A stretch of 62,005 bases of DNA, counting the filler, from Stramenopiles sp. TOSAG23-3 (taxonomy: Eukaryota), in NCBI GenBank assembly GCA_900128585.1. It is 12 parts of 12 records of this genome, joined end to end, with 100 filler letters (N's around TTAATTAATTAA, not from the genome) between each part and the next. Parts side by side here need not be neighbours in the genome. Positions count along the whole stretch, not along the records: positions 20,778 to 25,864 come from LT643615.1; positions 25,965 to 31,039 come from LT643616.1; positions 31,140 to 36,211 come from LT643617.1; 9 more parts are not named here. One strand, 5' to 3'. This document shows positions 25,290 to 36,311 of this stretch, one piece after another (positions within the stretch are counted from its first letter, which is position 1; each line of letters starts with the position of its first letter). The translations under genes and the position numbers were made by a program. The notes below the pieces were generated by a model that was not told the origin of the DNA, did no database searches, and was given only the letters and a program-made list of their open reading frames with translations.

Positions 25290-25545
25290 TAAAACCAAAA
25301 ATAAAAACAAGTAAAATTGGCTGTTAATGAAGTAATGGACAAAAGGAGCAGATTCATTTTCGCGGTACATGAGAAAGCTAAATTTTTAATTACTTAAATA
25401 ACAGCCAATTTTTTGTTTTTAATTTAAGGACGCTAAATTTAATTACTTATAAATAACAGCCAATTTTCTTGTTTTTAATTTAATAAGTAATTTAATTTTA
25501 CTTAAAAATAACAGCCAATTTTCTTGTTTTTTTTAATAAGTAATT
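25290..25545. repeat. Three ~55-bp tandem units plus one inverted unit carrying TAACAGCCAATTTT
   Basis: 14-mer at 25399, 25454 and 25509; exact reverse complement at 25313-25326. Confidence 0.9.
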
Positions 25546-25585
25546 CGTATCTTTTTTTAGTGGGACAAAAACGTAAGATAACATT

Positions 25586-25864
25586 TTATTGGCCATATCC
25601 AGCGCCAATTATGTTCGCTTGAACGGCGGCGTCGGTAGCATCCGAAGAAAACCCCTGCGTCATGACGCCTTCGTAAAACGTGCCGACGGCCGAATCTGAG
25701 TTGTCACCTCCGATTCCCAAAATTATAGATCCCTGTTTTTTCATAGGGTGGTAGCCATTTGGCCGTGGGCCATCGTACAACAACGTCAAATGACCTTCTG
25801 TTGCGTCACCGCCTTTGAGCGCAAAGTGATCGCCGCTATCCCCCTTGAGCATTGCCGTCACGTA
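25586..25864 (-). CDS. abfB: Alpha-L-arabinofuranosidase B (GH54) catalytic domain, C-terminal fragment
   Basis: Y.PMKKQGSIILGIGGDNS....GTFYEGVMT.G..SDATDAAVQANI..AGY signature; the stop follows directly, so no C-terminal CBM42. Confidence 0.9.
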   Translation of the reverse strand, partial: YVTAMLKGDSGDHFALKGGDATEGHLTLLYDGPRPNGYHPMKKQGSIILGIGGDNSDSAVGTFYEGVMTQGFSSDATDAAVQANIIGAGYGQ

Positions 25865-25964
25865 NNNNNNNNNNNNNNNNNNNNNNNNNNNNNNNNNNNN
25901 NNNNNNNNTTAATTAATTAANNNNNNNNNNNNNNNNNNNNNNNNNNNNNNNNNNNNNNNNNNNN

Positions 25965-26015
<51 letters not shown>

Positions 26016-26821
26016 AGAAGGAGGAAGGAAGGAAGGAATATTGAATGAATTGAATGGTCAGCGTAAATAAAATAGTCCTAATAATATATAGAAAGGAATA
26101 AAACAAGGACAACAGAGGAAGGACGGCGGGTGGGATAATAATAGAACGACTTACTTATATATTAGACTAGCTAGTATGAGTATCCATTTTAGAATAGATA
26201 CGTAGACTATGAATTATTTTATTTAAAATTATCGTAGTTTTCTAGTATTGTCACATATAAATAGCAGTACAATAAAAAGTCCAAAGTAATATAAATAACT
26301 AGACTAAGAAGAAGTTGTAAAAATAATAATAAAAAAACATTTTTTTTATTTTTTATTCTTCTTTTTTTAATTTTAAATTGAATGAAATTATTATTGCATT
26401 TTTTTTCCCTTTTTTTTTCTTTTAGACGACTTCCTTCATCACTTAGTTAGGTGCTATTCCTATAATAATAATTGGATTTGATTATAAAGTGGTCTTAATT
26501 ACATGGTCGGTGGTGGTGGTACTTCTTACTCAACCGTTGGTTGGATGGTAGAGAAAGTCCAAAAGAAAGGTTCGAAGTTATTATGTTTGCTCTGTATATA
26601 TGAGGACATTCATTTTACAATCAAGTTGTAATAAGATATGAATTCTTTGCCCTTTTAAAAAGAACAACAAAAGTAAAAACAAGAAAGCATTTTTAGTATC
26701 TATTTGTTGGATTCCTTTCATTTGGTTTTGTGTTTTTATTATAATATAATATCGGGACTGTAATTCGAAACTCACTCTGGGTCAAGAAATAGTAGTATTG
26801 TTGTCAGTAAACGTTGAAAAG

Positions 26822-28369
26822 ATGTCGGACGTGAAAGCCCTTTTTAAGAAAAAGAAGGGGAAGAAGAAGAAGTCGAAATCGTTCAAGAAGAAGCTGGAGG
26901 AAGCGGGCGGCCAGCTGCCTTCGGGGTCGAAGCGAGACAGCCAGCCGGAGGAAACGTACGTGAGTGCCGGGGATAGTATGCTTGCGGCGTTCAACAACAC
27001 GTCGATAGGAAAAGACATGGCAGTGAAGACAGACTTACAAGAGGTCGAGGAAACGCCCGAGGTTAACTTGGAAGACATGAACCTGAGGGAGTACCGCGCA
27101 GAACAGGCAAAAAAGAAAACCCGCGAGGAGTTTCACAAGACTCGCAAGAAGCTCTTGAAGAAAGCGTCCAAGACCCTGGAAACGGCCGCTGTGGCCCCGG
27201 CCGAGCCTGCCGTGCCTGTAAAAATGTCGTGGAGGGAGCGATCGAGGCTGAAGGAGCTCGCCGCCAACCCGGACATTGGCAAACAGTTGCAGAGTGAGGA
27301 GGCGTTTCCAACGCTAGGGGCGGCAGCGAACAAGAACTCCTCCGCCCGCACCTCCGTGTGGGGCCAGACAGCAGACGACGTCGAAAGCGACGAGGAGATC
27401 GACCCAGTAGAGGAAGAGCGTAAGCGACTCGCCGCAGAAGCCGCCGCGAAATTAGAAGAAGAAAAACGGGCCATTTGGGCCCCGGCCGAGGGGGTTAACG
27501 ATTCAATGGAGTACGACGTGTGGTCTAAGAAAGTCAATTCGGCGCTGGATGAATTTATCCAGATTGAGGACTACAGCGAAGCGGTTCTGTGCTTTCAGGA
27601 ACTTAGAAACCCAGCCAAGCACGAAGAAATAGCAATGAAGATGATCGAAAAAGGTATGGACAATCAGCCAGAAAAGGCTCAGCTTCTGCTCGCCGACCTT
27701 ATGGTTAAAATGAGGAAAAACAAGCCCTACATGCTTACGAAAGAGCAACTGGAGGGCGCTTTCAAGGAGATGGAAGGCTTCTTGGACGACCTCGTAGTGG
27801 ATTTCCCAAAAGCAAAGGAGGTCTACGCGACGATGAAAAAGCGCTGCCAGATGAAAGGTGTCCTCGAAGGTGGGCCAAAAAAGAGATTTATTGCGGCAAT
27901 GAAGATGGACGGTGCCAAAGAAGGGTACGAGTTTAAAATGGGTGCGCACGGGCTAGGTTACTACTTGGCGGCGTCTGCGGCACCCGCAAGCGTCGCGGCG
28001 CCGGCCGCCCCATCGTCGAAGCCCTCGCCATTCGGCTCCGCCCGCCCGGTCGACATCAAAGATGGGAAGAAAGTTGTCAATGGTGCCGCCCCGGCGCCTG
28101 CCAAAAAGAAGGCGGACCCTTTCGGGGGCGCTGCCCCGGTAAAGACACGGTCGGACCCTTTCGGTGGAGCCGTTCCGGTGAAGAAGAAGGTGGACCCGTT
28201 CGGGGGCGCCGTTCCGGTGAAGAAGAAAGTGGATCCGTTTGGGGGAGCAAAGCCCGTCGATACTAGTAAGGCGGCTGAGGAAGACGGTGAAGACCCAGAC
28301 CCGTACGCAAGCCTACGAAAGAAGAAGAAGAAGAAGAAGAAGAAAGCTGGCTATGTGCCGGATGTATAA
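26822..28369 (+). CDS. MA3/MI-domain protein with eIF4B-like PFG(G/S)A repeats
   Basis: KKVNSALDEF....D.SEAVLCFQEL and LDDLVVDFPKA (MA3); five PFG[GS]A.PV repeats; GYEFKMG..GLGYY motif; Lys-rich termini. Confidence 0.8.
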   Translation: MSDVKALFKKKKGKKKKSKSFKKKLEEAGGQLPSGSKRDSQPEETYVSAGDSMLAAFNNTSIGKDMAVKTDLQEVEETPEVNLEDMNLREYRAEQAKKKTREEFHKTRKKLLKKASKTLETAAVAPAEPAVPVKMSWRERSRLKELAANPDIGKQLQSEEAFPTLGAAANKNSSARTSVWGQTADDVESDEEIDPVEEERKRLAAEAAAKLEEEKRAIWAPAEGVNDSMEYDVWSKKVNSALDEFIQIEDYSEAVLCFQELRNPAKHEEIAMKMIEKGMDNQPEKAQLLLADLMVKMRKNKPYMLTKEQLEGAFKEMEGFLDDLVVDFPKAKEVYATMKKRCQMKGVLEGGPKKRFIAAMKMDGAKEGYEFKMGAHGLGYYLAASAAPASVAAPAAPSSKPSPFGSARPVDIKDGKKVVNGAAPAPAKKKADPFGGAAPVKTRSDPFGGAVPVKKKVDPFGGAVPVKKKVDPFGGAKPVDTSKAAEEDGEDPDPYASLRKKKKKKKKKAGYVPDV

Positions 28370-28609
28370 ATTAGCTTAAAGTCAAGAGTTCGTACCATGC
28401 ATTTTGGTTTTTTTTTGTTTCAACACTTAAACTAAAATTCTTCAAATCTCATAATCGGGATAGTGAATTTACGCCGTACATATCAAGGGTACTTACTGTA
28501 TACTAAAGATAGGGAAAATAAAAAATCGTCCCAAAATATTTTTAAATATCAAGTTACCTCTTATTTCTATGCTATATATATTTGTCATCTGCTCCGAAAT
28601 CTTGTTCTG

Positions 28610-30154
28610 TCACATGAGCGCGGACATGATCCCCTTTATGCGACTCTGTTGCGCTTCATTGCTTTCCGCGGCAATGGCATGCCGGTCCACTTCTTCTTCT
28701 TTAGCCTCTTGGCTAAGCACCGGCAAAGTCCCTGAGGGGGCTTTCCTCCTTTTCATGTACCTTGAATGCTTTCCTTTGCCAATCAGACGAGTTTCACGGA
28801 GACGACTGTTCTGAGGTTTTCTACTGCTCCCGAATGGCGTTTGCCAAGTCGTCTTTGCGGCGCGGGCGTGCGGCTTCGGATCTTCTTCGCCAATGACCTG
28901 ACCGAGGACTATCGGTTTTTCGATGGGGTCGAGCGTCGGTGTGCTGTTGGGCTTGCTCCGCGTCCCATCGTTTTTTTCTTTGGTAAGAGACATAAGCATC
29001 CCTGGTGACTTTTCACATTCTACAAAAACATCGCCTATTGATTCTGTCTTTGTCGTCATCATCAGCTTAGTAAAACGATTGCTTTTCAAATCCTCCAATC
29101 TTTGCTCATGGAACAGGTTTCGAGACCGGTGTATTTTCTTTAATTCGCTCATGCACGCCGTGCCCAATTTTCGTATGCACGTCCGCTTTAATGCTAAGCA
29201 CATGACTTCGGTTGAACACACAGCCATGCTGCTTTCAACGTAGTCATTGCGGTTCCTTGGCTCCTCTTTCATCCACGAGGTGCCAATCGATGAAATTGTA
29301 TAAAATGTATGACCAGTCGGGGCCGTGCGTGTACCAGCGAGGGGACCTCGCGAACAGTATATACATTCTGTTGCAAGGAAAGCTTATCGTATCCGAAGAT
29401 GAAGACGACGATGGCCAAAACCCCGCTGAATGTGCAGTGCGCCTTTCTCCCGGCTCCTGCTTTGGTATGCTTGCGGCGATCAATGAAATGCAACCGACAC
29501 GTACGGAGACGGTTAGGATACCGGAGGTCAGCCCGAAGCTCTGTCTTCTAAAGCCAGAGTGCATCGTTGTCTCAGTTGAGAGTTATCGCAGAGAGATAGA
29601 AGGGGAAATAGACTTATCAAAGGCGCTTACCGTTTCGCAGATCTATGATGTTCTGCAAAGTACTCCCCCTTTTTCGACAACTTATGATTGGTTTACCACG
29701 TATAAAGCAAGCGTGTTCTTTCGATCAAAAATTTTCCCCAAGGGTTCAGTTCTTTGTCACCAAGGCCACGCTTCTGAATCGTTTTTCGTCATCGTGAGTG
29801 GCACGGTAAGAATCATGCACGATCGTTCCAGCCTTTACCGGACCAGCGTTGACTTGAAGGACCCCCTTGGACTTCAAAATTTACTGAAACGCTCGGACTG
29901 TTTGAGTCTACTGGGATTAAACGAATGCCTGGGTCAAAGCGCTATATTTAGTCACTGCGACCGCTGTTCCCAAGGTCCTCTATTCCGACTAACTCATCGT
30001 CGTCGTCGTTTACACTTTGCACCAAGCCCTTTGCTTTTCCGGGACTCTTCCGATCGGGTGATGGTCGAATCTTTTGTTTGCGTAAAAGTTTGATTAGACT
30101 GTTTGAAGATTCTATAGAAGCCCGCCGGCGACGGTCCGTGTCCTTCGTGGGCAT
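28610..30154 (-). CDS. Tandem cyclic-nucleotide-binding domain gene whose middle segment is inverted
   Basis: Minus-strand ORFs 30154-29948 and 29272-28610 are in the same frame (882 nt between their ATGs). The intervening DNA codes on the + strand for cNMP-binding domains. Inverting 29281-29950 gives a single 514-aa ORF. Confidence 0.75.
29281..29950 (+). other. Inverted internal coding segment (about 1.7 cNMP-binding domains)
   Basis: VYQRGD.ANSIYILLQGKL...L.PGSCFG.LA......RTETV and LCHQGHASESFFVIVSGTV...LG..ECLGQSAIF. Breakpoints uncertain by about 10-30 nt. Confidence 0.78.
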
Positions 30155-31139
30155 TTTATTCAGAGTGCGACTATTTGCTCTCCCGCTCTAGGTAATCTTA
30201 GTCGTTCCCTATACTTTAAAAAGTCGGGAAATTATCTTATTCATTCATCAGTTATTGATAAATACTTTTCTTCTTTGGGGTAGTCACTTTTACATTTGTG
30301 TCAGTCTAAAAAAATATAAAATAACGGTTGGAGATATATTATATATAATAATATATGATGAGACAACACAACAACAAAAAAAAGAAGAAAAAAAACAAAA
30401 GAAGTAAATAATAAATAATAAAGAAATAAAACGAATAATATTAACACCACAGCAAGGTGGGAGGAGAAGACCAGGTTTTTTTTTTTTTTTAATTATTACG
30501 AGTATATAGTAGTGTCTATATATATTAAAAGAAGATCATTTGGTAGTGGAGAATTTCCCTTTCGTTTTACAAGCGTCGTTCATTTGTGATAATAATCTTA
30601 CATATTTATACGCATATCTCGAAGAAGATCATCACGGAGTGATACGAGGGACAACAAGATCATAATCTTTGCTGGCTCATGCAGGAGCTGTGACAAGAGT
30701 AGACTACTGATGGATCTATCAACGGTGAACAAGATATCCAGGCATTCTTCTTTATTATTTTTTTATTTTTTATTTTATTTGTTTTTTATTTCATTATTAC
30801 TAGCACTAGCATAGTAAAAGAATTAAATAATAAAGAAATAACGAATAAAATAAACACAGCAAGAACAGTTAAAATCATTCGTTGCTTTCTATCTTCTTCA
30901 TGATTTTCTTTAATTTTTAATTCATATTTTTTATATTATCTCCATCATTAAATATTTAATATATCCCTCTCCTAGGCATAACAGACAGCTGAACTGTCTG
31001 TTAATTTATATAGAATGAACTATACTTAGAGTATACGTGNNNNNNNNNNNNNNNNNNNNNNNNNNNNNNNNNNNNNNNNNNNNTTAATTAATTAANNNNN
31101 NNNNNNNNNNNNNNNNNNNNNNNNNNNNNNNNNNNNNNN

Positions 31140-32576
<1,437 letters not shown>

Positions 32577-32905
32577 GGGGTCTTTTGCAAATGAATGTGT
32601 GTACGAAGAACGGTATTATTTTAAGCTAGTGGGTAGGTAGGTTTTGTGTGTTTTCGCATTTACCTCCTTTAAACTTACGACCTTTCGTACTTACGTATCA
32701 TAGGGATTATTTTATAAGAAAATAATATGCATAGTACCCTAAATAACAGAGAAATATTATTATTAAATTAATTTGTTTTTGTTTTTTAAATGTTTTAGTA
32801 GCAAGCAAAAAAAGAGTGCAGCCAATTTTTTGTTTTTAAAAAGAGTGCGTTTATATATTGAATATGATACCTAGAATGAATATTTTTTGTTTAAAGATAT
32901 TCGGC

Positions 32906-35900
32906 TCACATGAGCTCCTCCTCAGGACCTGCCCCCCCCATTTCTTCGCCCATGCCCCCACCAATGGTTTCTGCGACTGCGGGTGTGTAGACATGCCCGC
33001 CCTTACGTCGCAACATGTTGATTTCAGCTTTCAACGCATCAACTTCTTTTGCTTGAAGTTTAACTAATTGAACCAAGCGCTGGCGCTCTTCAAGCTCTTG
33101 GCGCATTATGCCCCCCGCTGCGCCAGGAGCTGATCCTTTGTTGTTTAACTCCTTTTCCAGTGTCTGCTGTTGGTTCGTTAACTGTGCTATTCGTTCCAAG
33201 TGTGCAGTATTGTCCTGGATGGTGCGCAACATTTTGCTCTGGACGGCTGAGAGCCCGCGGCGAAATTTGTGTACTTCTCGCTCGTATTTAGTCTCTAGTA
33301 CACTGATCTTTTTATTCAAATCATCCACCATTTTGCTGTCTCCTATCTTATCTAAAGATTCTAGGTCAATGATTTGACCAAATTTCAGCATCTGCAGCTC
33401 CACGCATCGGGCTTCTTGGACTTCTATTTCTTTTTGTCTCAACTTCTTGTCCTTTTGAAGCTTTCGTTTTGTCCCGTGCAGCGATTTAAACTTCTGCTTC
33501 AACAGCTCCACCTCTTCCAACATTTCTTCCCGTCTCCCTTTTAATTTTTCCAATGCCTGGTGGTCAAACACCAAAGAGTTGGACAAACTTGCAGGTAATT
33601 GTAGCCCATCTTCAACATTCAACGGCTGCTGTTCGCCCTCTTCCTCGTCGTTTTCCTGTGGGTTGAACAGGCAAAGGATTTGACTTATTTGAAGGTTCAC
33701 CGTGACGTATATTTGGTTGAGCTCTCTTTGCTTTTCCGTCTGAAACTTCACGATGTCCTTTTCAATAGACTGTAAGTCTTTGTCGATTTGTTTTTGCTTG
33801 ATGACTACCCGATCGTGTTGCTTTTTAATGTCTTCCAAGTTTTTCTGAAAATCTTGCAATACATCCTCTTGATCCAAACGTTTTTCTCGCATTTCCAAGA
33901 CACGATCGTACAGTGCTTGGTCACATCCCGGTGGACAAGAGTCGTCTTCGTCTTCATCGTCGTCGTCGTCGTCGTCGTCCTCATCACTGCTGCTCTCTTC
34001 ACTCGAATAATCACTGCCTTCACCATCACTGTCGCCGTCGTCTTTCTTTTTGGCCCGTTTGATCTTTCGTTTGTAGATCTTTAACAAAATAGGGTGAAAT
34101 TGGTTGCTTTCAGGGACTAATGACTTGAATTCGCCTTCGATTATTTTTTCTTTTTCCTGCCAAGCATCGATTTCAGACTTCTTTGTGTTCATGCTTTCCC
34201 TGCACCTTTGAATTTCGGTCATAATGTCTGTTTTTTCTTTCTTCGTTTTTTCCATTCGGGCAGCTAACGAGGTGTCTTTCTTCTGAAACTCTTTCAGCAG
34301 ACTAAGCTCTTCAAAAAAAGTCAGCATGCGCAATTCCGCAGTCTTCAGGTCCGAATCAAGTTTGATTTTTTCACGCCTTAAGTCATACACAGCTTCATCA
34401 AACGCTGAGACAGTTTGGTTAATTTTTTCTACAAGCGTGGAGTGCTCGTTTTCCAGCTCCATCCTTACTTCCTTCGAGACGACCTGCTCTAGTGCCGAAC
34501 CATCGCCGTCCGTTGCTGCATTGCAAGACTGGGAAGAAAAGGCAGCTGCAATTGAAGGGACAACATCTACATCTTTCGAATCGACGCTTGGGGCGCTAGT
34601 GCCGCCCTCTTTGCTTTTTGCTTGCTCTGTGTTCGTTCCGGTCGCTTCGTTACTATTTTCTGCGATTACGGTGCCTTTGTCTTTTGCGTACTTATTCAAC
34701 TCCTCTTCTGTCACCTCCATTCGGCCTTCTGGCCATTCGCTCTTTAACAGTTCAGGTTCCCAGTACTTTTTTCCTTCGTTTCCTAATTCAGAATCTATTT
34801 CTCTCATGCGGTAGTTGTCGTCTTTGATATTTTGTATTATTCGCCTCTTCAGCTCTCGCAAAGCCAAAAATCTCTGGTTGTACCCCATTTTGATGGCGTG
34901 GATGCTTTCTTCCAGCAGTACCATTTCGCGGCGCTTTTTCTCCGCGTTGACACGCTGGTCTTCTGGGACAACGTAATTCTTATCCGTCTTAAGTTTGTAA
35001 TCGCCCATGTTGTTCTTCGCAGATTCTATATCTGCAAGGTCCTTTGGATCTTCTGCGTTTTGGGACGGCTTCTTTCCCAACATGGTTTCGATCTTTTGTT
35101 TTCGCTGTGCCCTCATGGCCTTTCGCTGCTCCTGCTGCTCGTGTCTGGAAACCATGGCACCTCCGTCGGCCGGGGAAGAAACATTTTGCACCTCGCCCGC
35201 TACTTTTCCAATTTTCTGGCTGAATGACGTGGAGCTTTTGCCACCCGCAGCACCGCCCTTGGCGGCCCGGCGTTTTGCGTCTTCTTCCGCATCCAACAAT
35301 GCATGTACCGCTCGTAAGCTTTCTTGGAGGGAGTCTGAGAGCTGGTCCACGCGGAAACTATCCACAAGATACTTTTCTTTGAAGGCTTTCAGCATAATGC
35401 CTTCCACGGCAATTGTCGAGTAATACTTGGATTGTAATTTATCTAGCAGCATCGATTTCATAGTCGAGTCGTATTCGATTTCCTTTCGAACTTCGTTGCA
35501 CAGATTGTCGCCAACGGCAATCAGGGAAGCCTTCAGCTGTTCATCGAGCACCAAATCGTCTGCCGAGAGTTGCCTTGCCGGGTCTTCCTCGTTGTTCAAG
35601 TCACGGAATGCTTCGAACTTTTTTCTAAGCTTCTTAATCCTATCGCGAACTTTTTCCTTCTTCCTTTCCGATTGCTTGACCAGATTGTCGTGCTCAGTTT
35701 TTAGCTTCGCGTCCTGAATACTGTACGCCTTGGGATCAACTATATCTGACACTCCTTCCGCTGCTTTTTCTTCTGCCTCCGCGTCGTGAACGTCTCCGGT
35801 CGTGGACGATTCCACTTCCCCGAACACCTCACTCGGTTTTTGACCAGCACCCGCCTCGGCTTCAATTTCCATTTCAACAATGCTCTTTAACAACGCAGCC

Positions 35901-36211
35901 TCCGCCATTTTGGCGGCTTGTCCATCGGCTGCATCCTTAGCCGCACTTTTCAGCATTTCGGGCTGAAAGCGAAATGTAAATACACCACCATCTTGGCCGG
36001 CAGATATAATGTATTTGTCGTCAAAACTTGTCGTGACTCCCAAGACGTTTCCATGGTTTGCGTCATGCATGTTGACATTGATGAAAAACCTTGTCAGCAT
36101 CTCGTCATCCAACACTCGCACTCTCACGCATCCATCCGTTCCACCAGTAAAAACAAGTTTTCCCGAATTAGATTTGCCCAAAGCCGTTACCATACCATTG
36201 TGAGAATTCAT
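32906..36211 (-). CDS. CFAP44: Cilia- and flagella-associated protein 44 (WDR52), C-terminal part
   Basis: Terminal WD40 repeats followed by YSIQDAK, GDYKLKT..NYVVPE, CPPGCDQALY..V...REKRLD and QMLKFG..IDL motifs, recognised as CFAP44 from family knowledge. Confidence 0.85.
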   Translation of the reverse strand: MNSHNGMVTALGKSNSGKLVFTGGTDGCVRVRVLDDEMLTRFFINVNMHDANHGNVLGVTTSFDDKYIISAGQDGGVFTFRFQPEMLKSAAKDAADGQAAKMAEAALLKSIVEMEIEAEAGAGQKPSEVFGEVESSTTGDVHDAEAEEKAAEGVSDIVDPKAYSIQDAKLKTEHDNLVKQSERKKEKVRDRIKKLRKKFEAFRDLNNEEDPARQLSADDLVLDEQLKASLIAVGDNLCNEVRKEIEYDSTMKSMLLDKLQSKYYSTIAVEGIMLKAFKEKYLVDSFRVDQLSDSLQESLRAVHALLDAEEDAKRRAAKGGAAGGKSSTSFSQKIGKVAGEVQNVSSPADGGAMVSRHEQQEQRKAMRAQRKQKIETMLGKKPSQNAEDPKDLADIESAKNNMGDYKLKTDKNYVVPEDQRVNAEKKRREMVLLEESIHAIKMGYNQRFLALRELKRRIIQNIKDDNYRMREIDSELGNEGKKYWEPELLKSEWPEGRMEVTEEELNKYAKDKGTVIAENSNEATGTNTEQAKSKEGGTSAPSVDSKDVDVVPSIAAAFSSQSCNAATDGDGSALEQVVSKEVRMELENEHSTLVEKINQTVSAFDEAVYDLRREKIKLDSDLKTAELRMLTFFEELSLLKEFQKKDTSLAARMEKTKKEKTDIMTEIQRCRESMNTKKSEIDAWQEKEKIIEGEFKSLVPESNQFHPILLKIYKRKIKRAKKKDDGDSDGEGSDYSSEESSSDEDDDDDDDDEDEDDSCPPGCDQALYDRVLEMREKRLDQEDVLQDFQKNLEDIKKQHDRVVIKQKQIDKDLQSIEKDIVKFQTEKQRELNQIYVTVNLQISQILCLFNPQENDEEEGEQQPLNVEDGLQLPASLSNSLVFDHQALEKLKGRREEMLEEVELLKQKFKSLHGTKRKLQKDKKLRQKEIEVQEARCVELQMLKFGQIIDLESLDKIGDSKMVDDLNKKISVLETKYEREVHKFRRGLSAVQSKMLRTIQDNTAHLERIAQLTNQQQTLEKELNNKGSAPGAAGGIMRQELEERQRLVQLVKLQAKEVDALKAEINMLRRKGGHVYTPAVAETIGGGMGEEMGGAGPEEELM

Positions 36212-36311
36212 NNNNNNNNNNNNNNNNNNNNNNNNNNNNNNNNNNNNNNNNNNNNTTAATTAATTAANNNNNNNNNNNNNNNNNNNNNNNNNNNNNNNNN
36301 NNNNNNNNNNN

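Noticed and set aside
25290-25545. CRISPR array
   Set aside because: Whole units are similar with no unique spacers, there are no cas genes, and the context is eukaryotic.
29212-30093. Stand-alone plus-strand 293-aa gene overlapping two minus-strand genes
   Set aside because: The second cNMP domain is cut off and both ends read as antisense of the flanking same-frame minus ORFs; an internal inversion explains all three.
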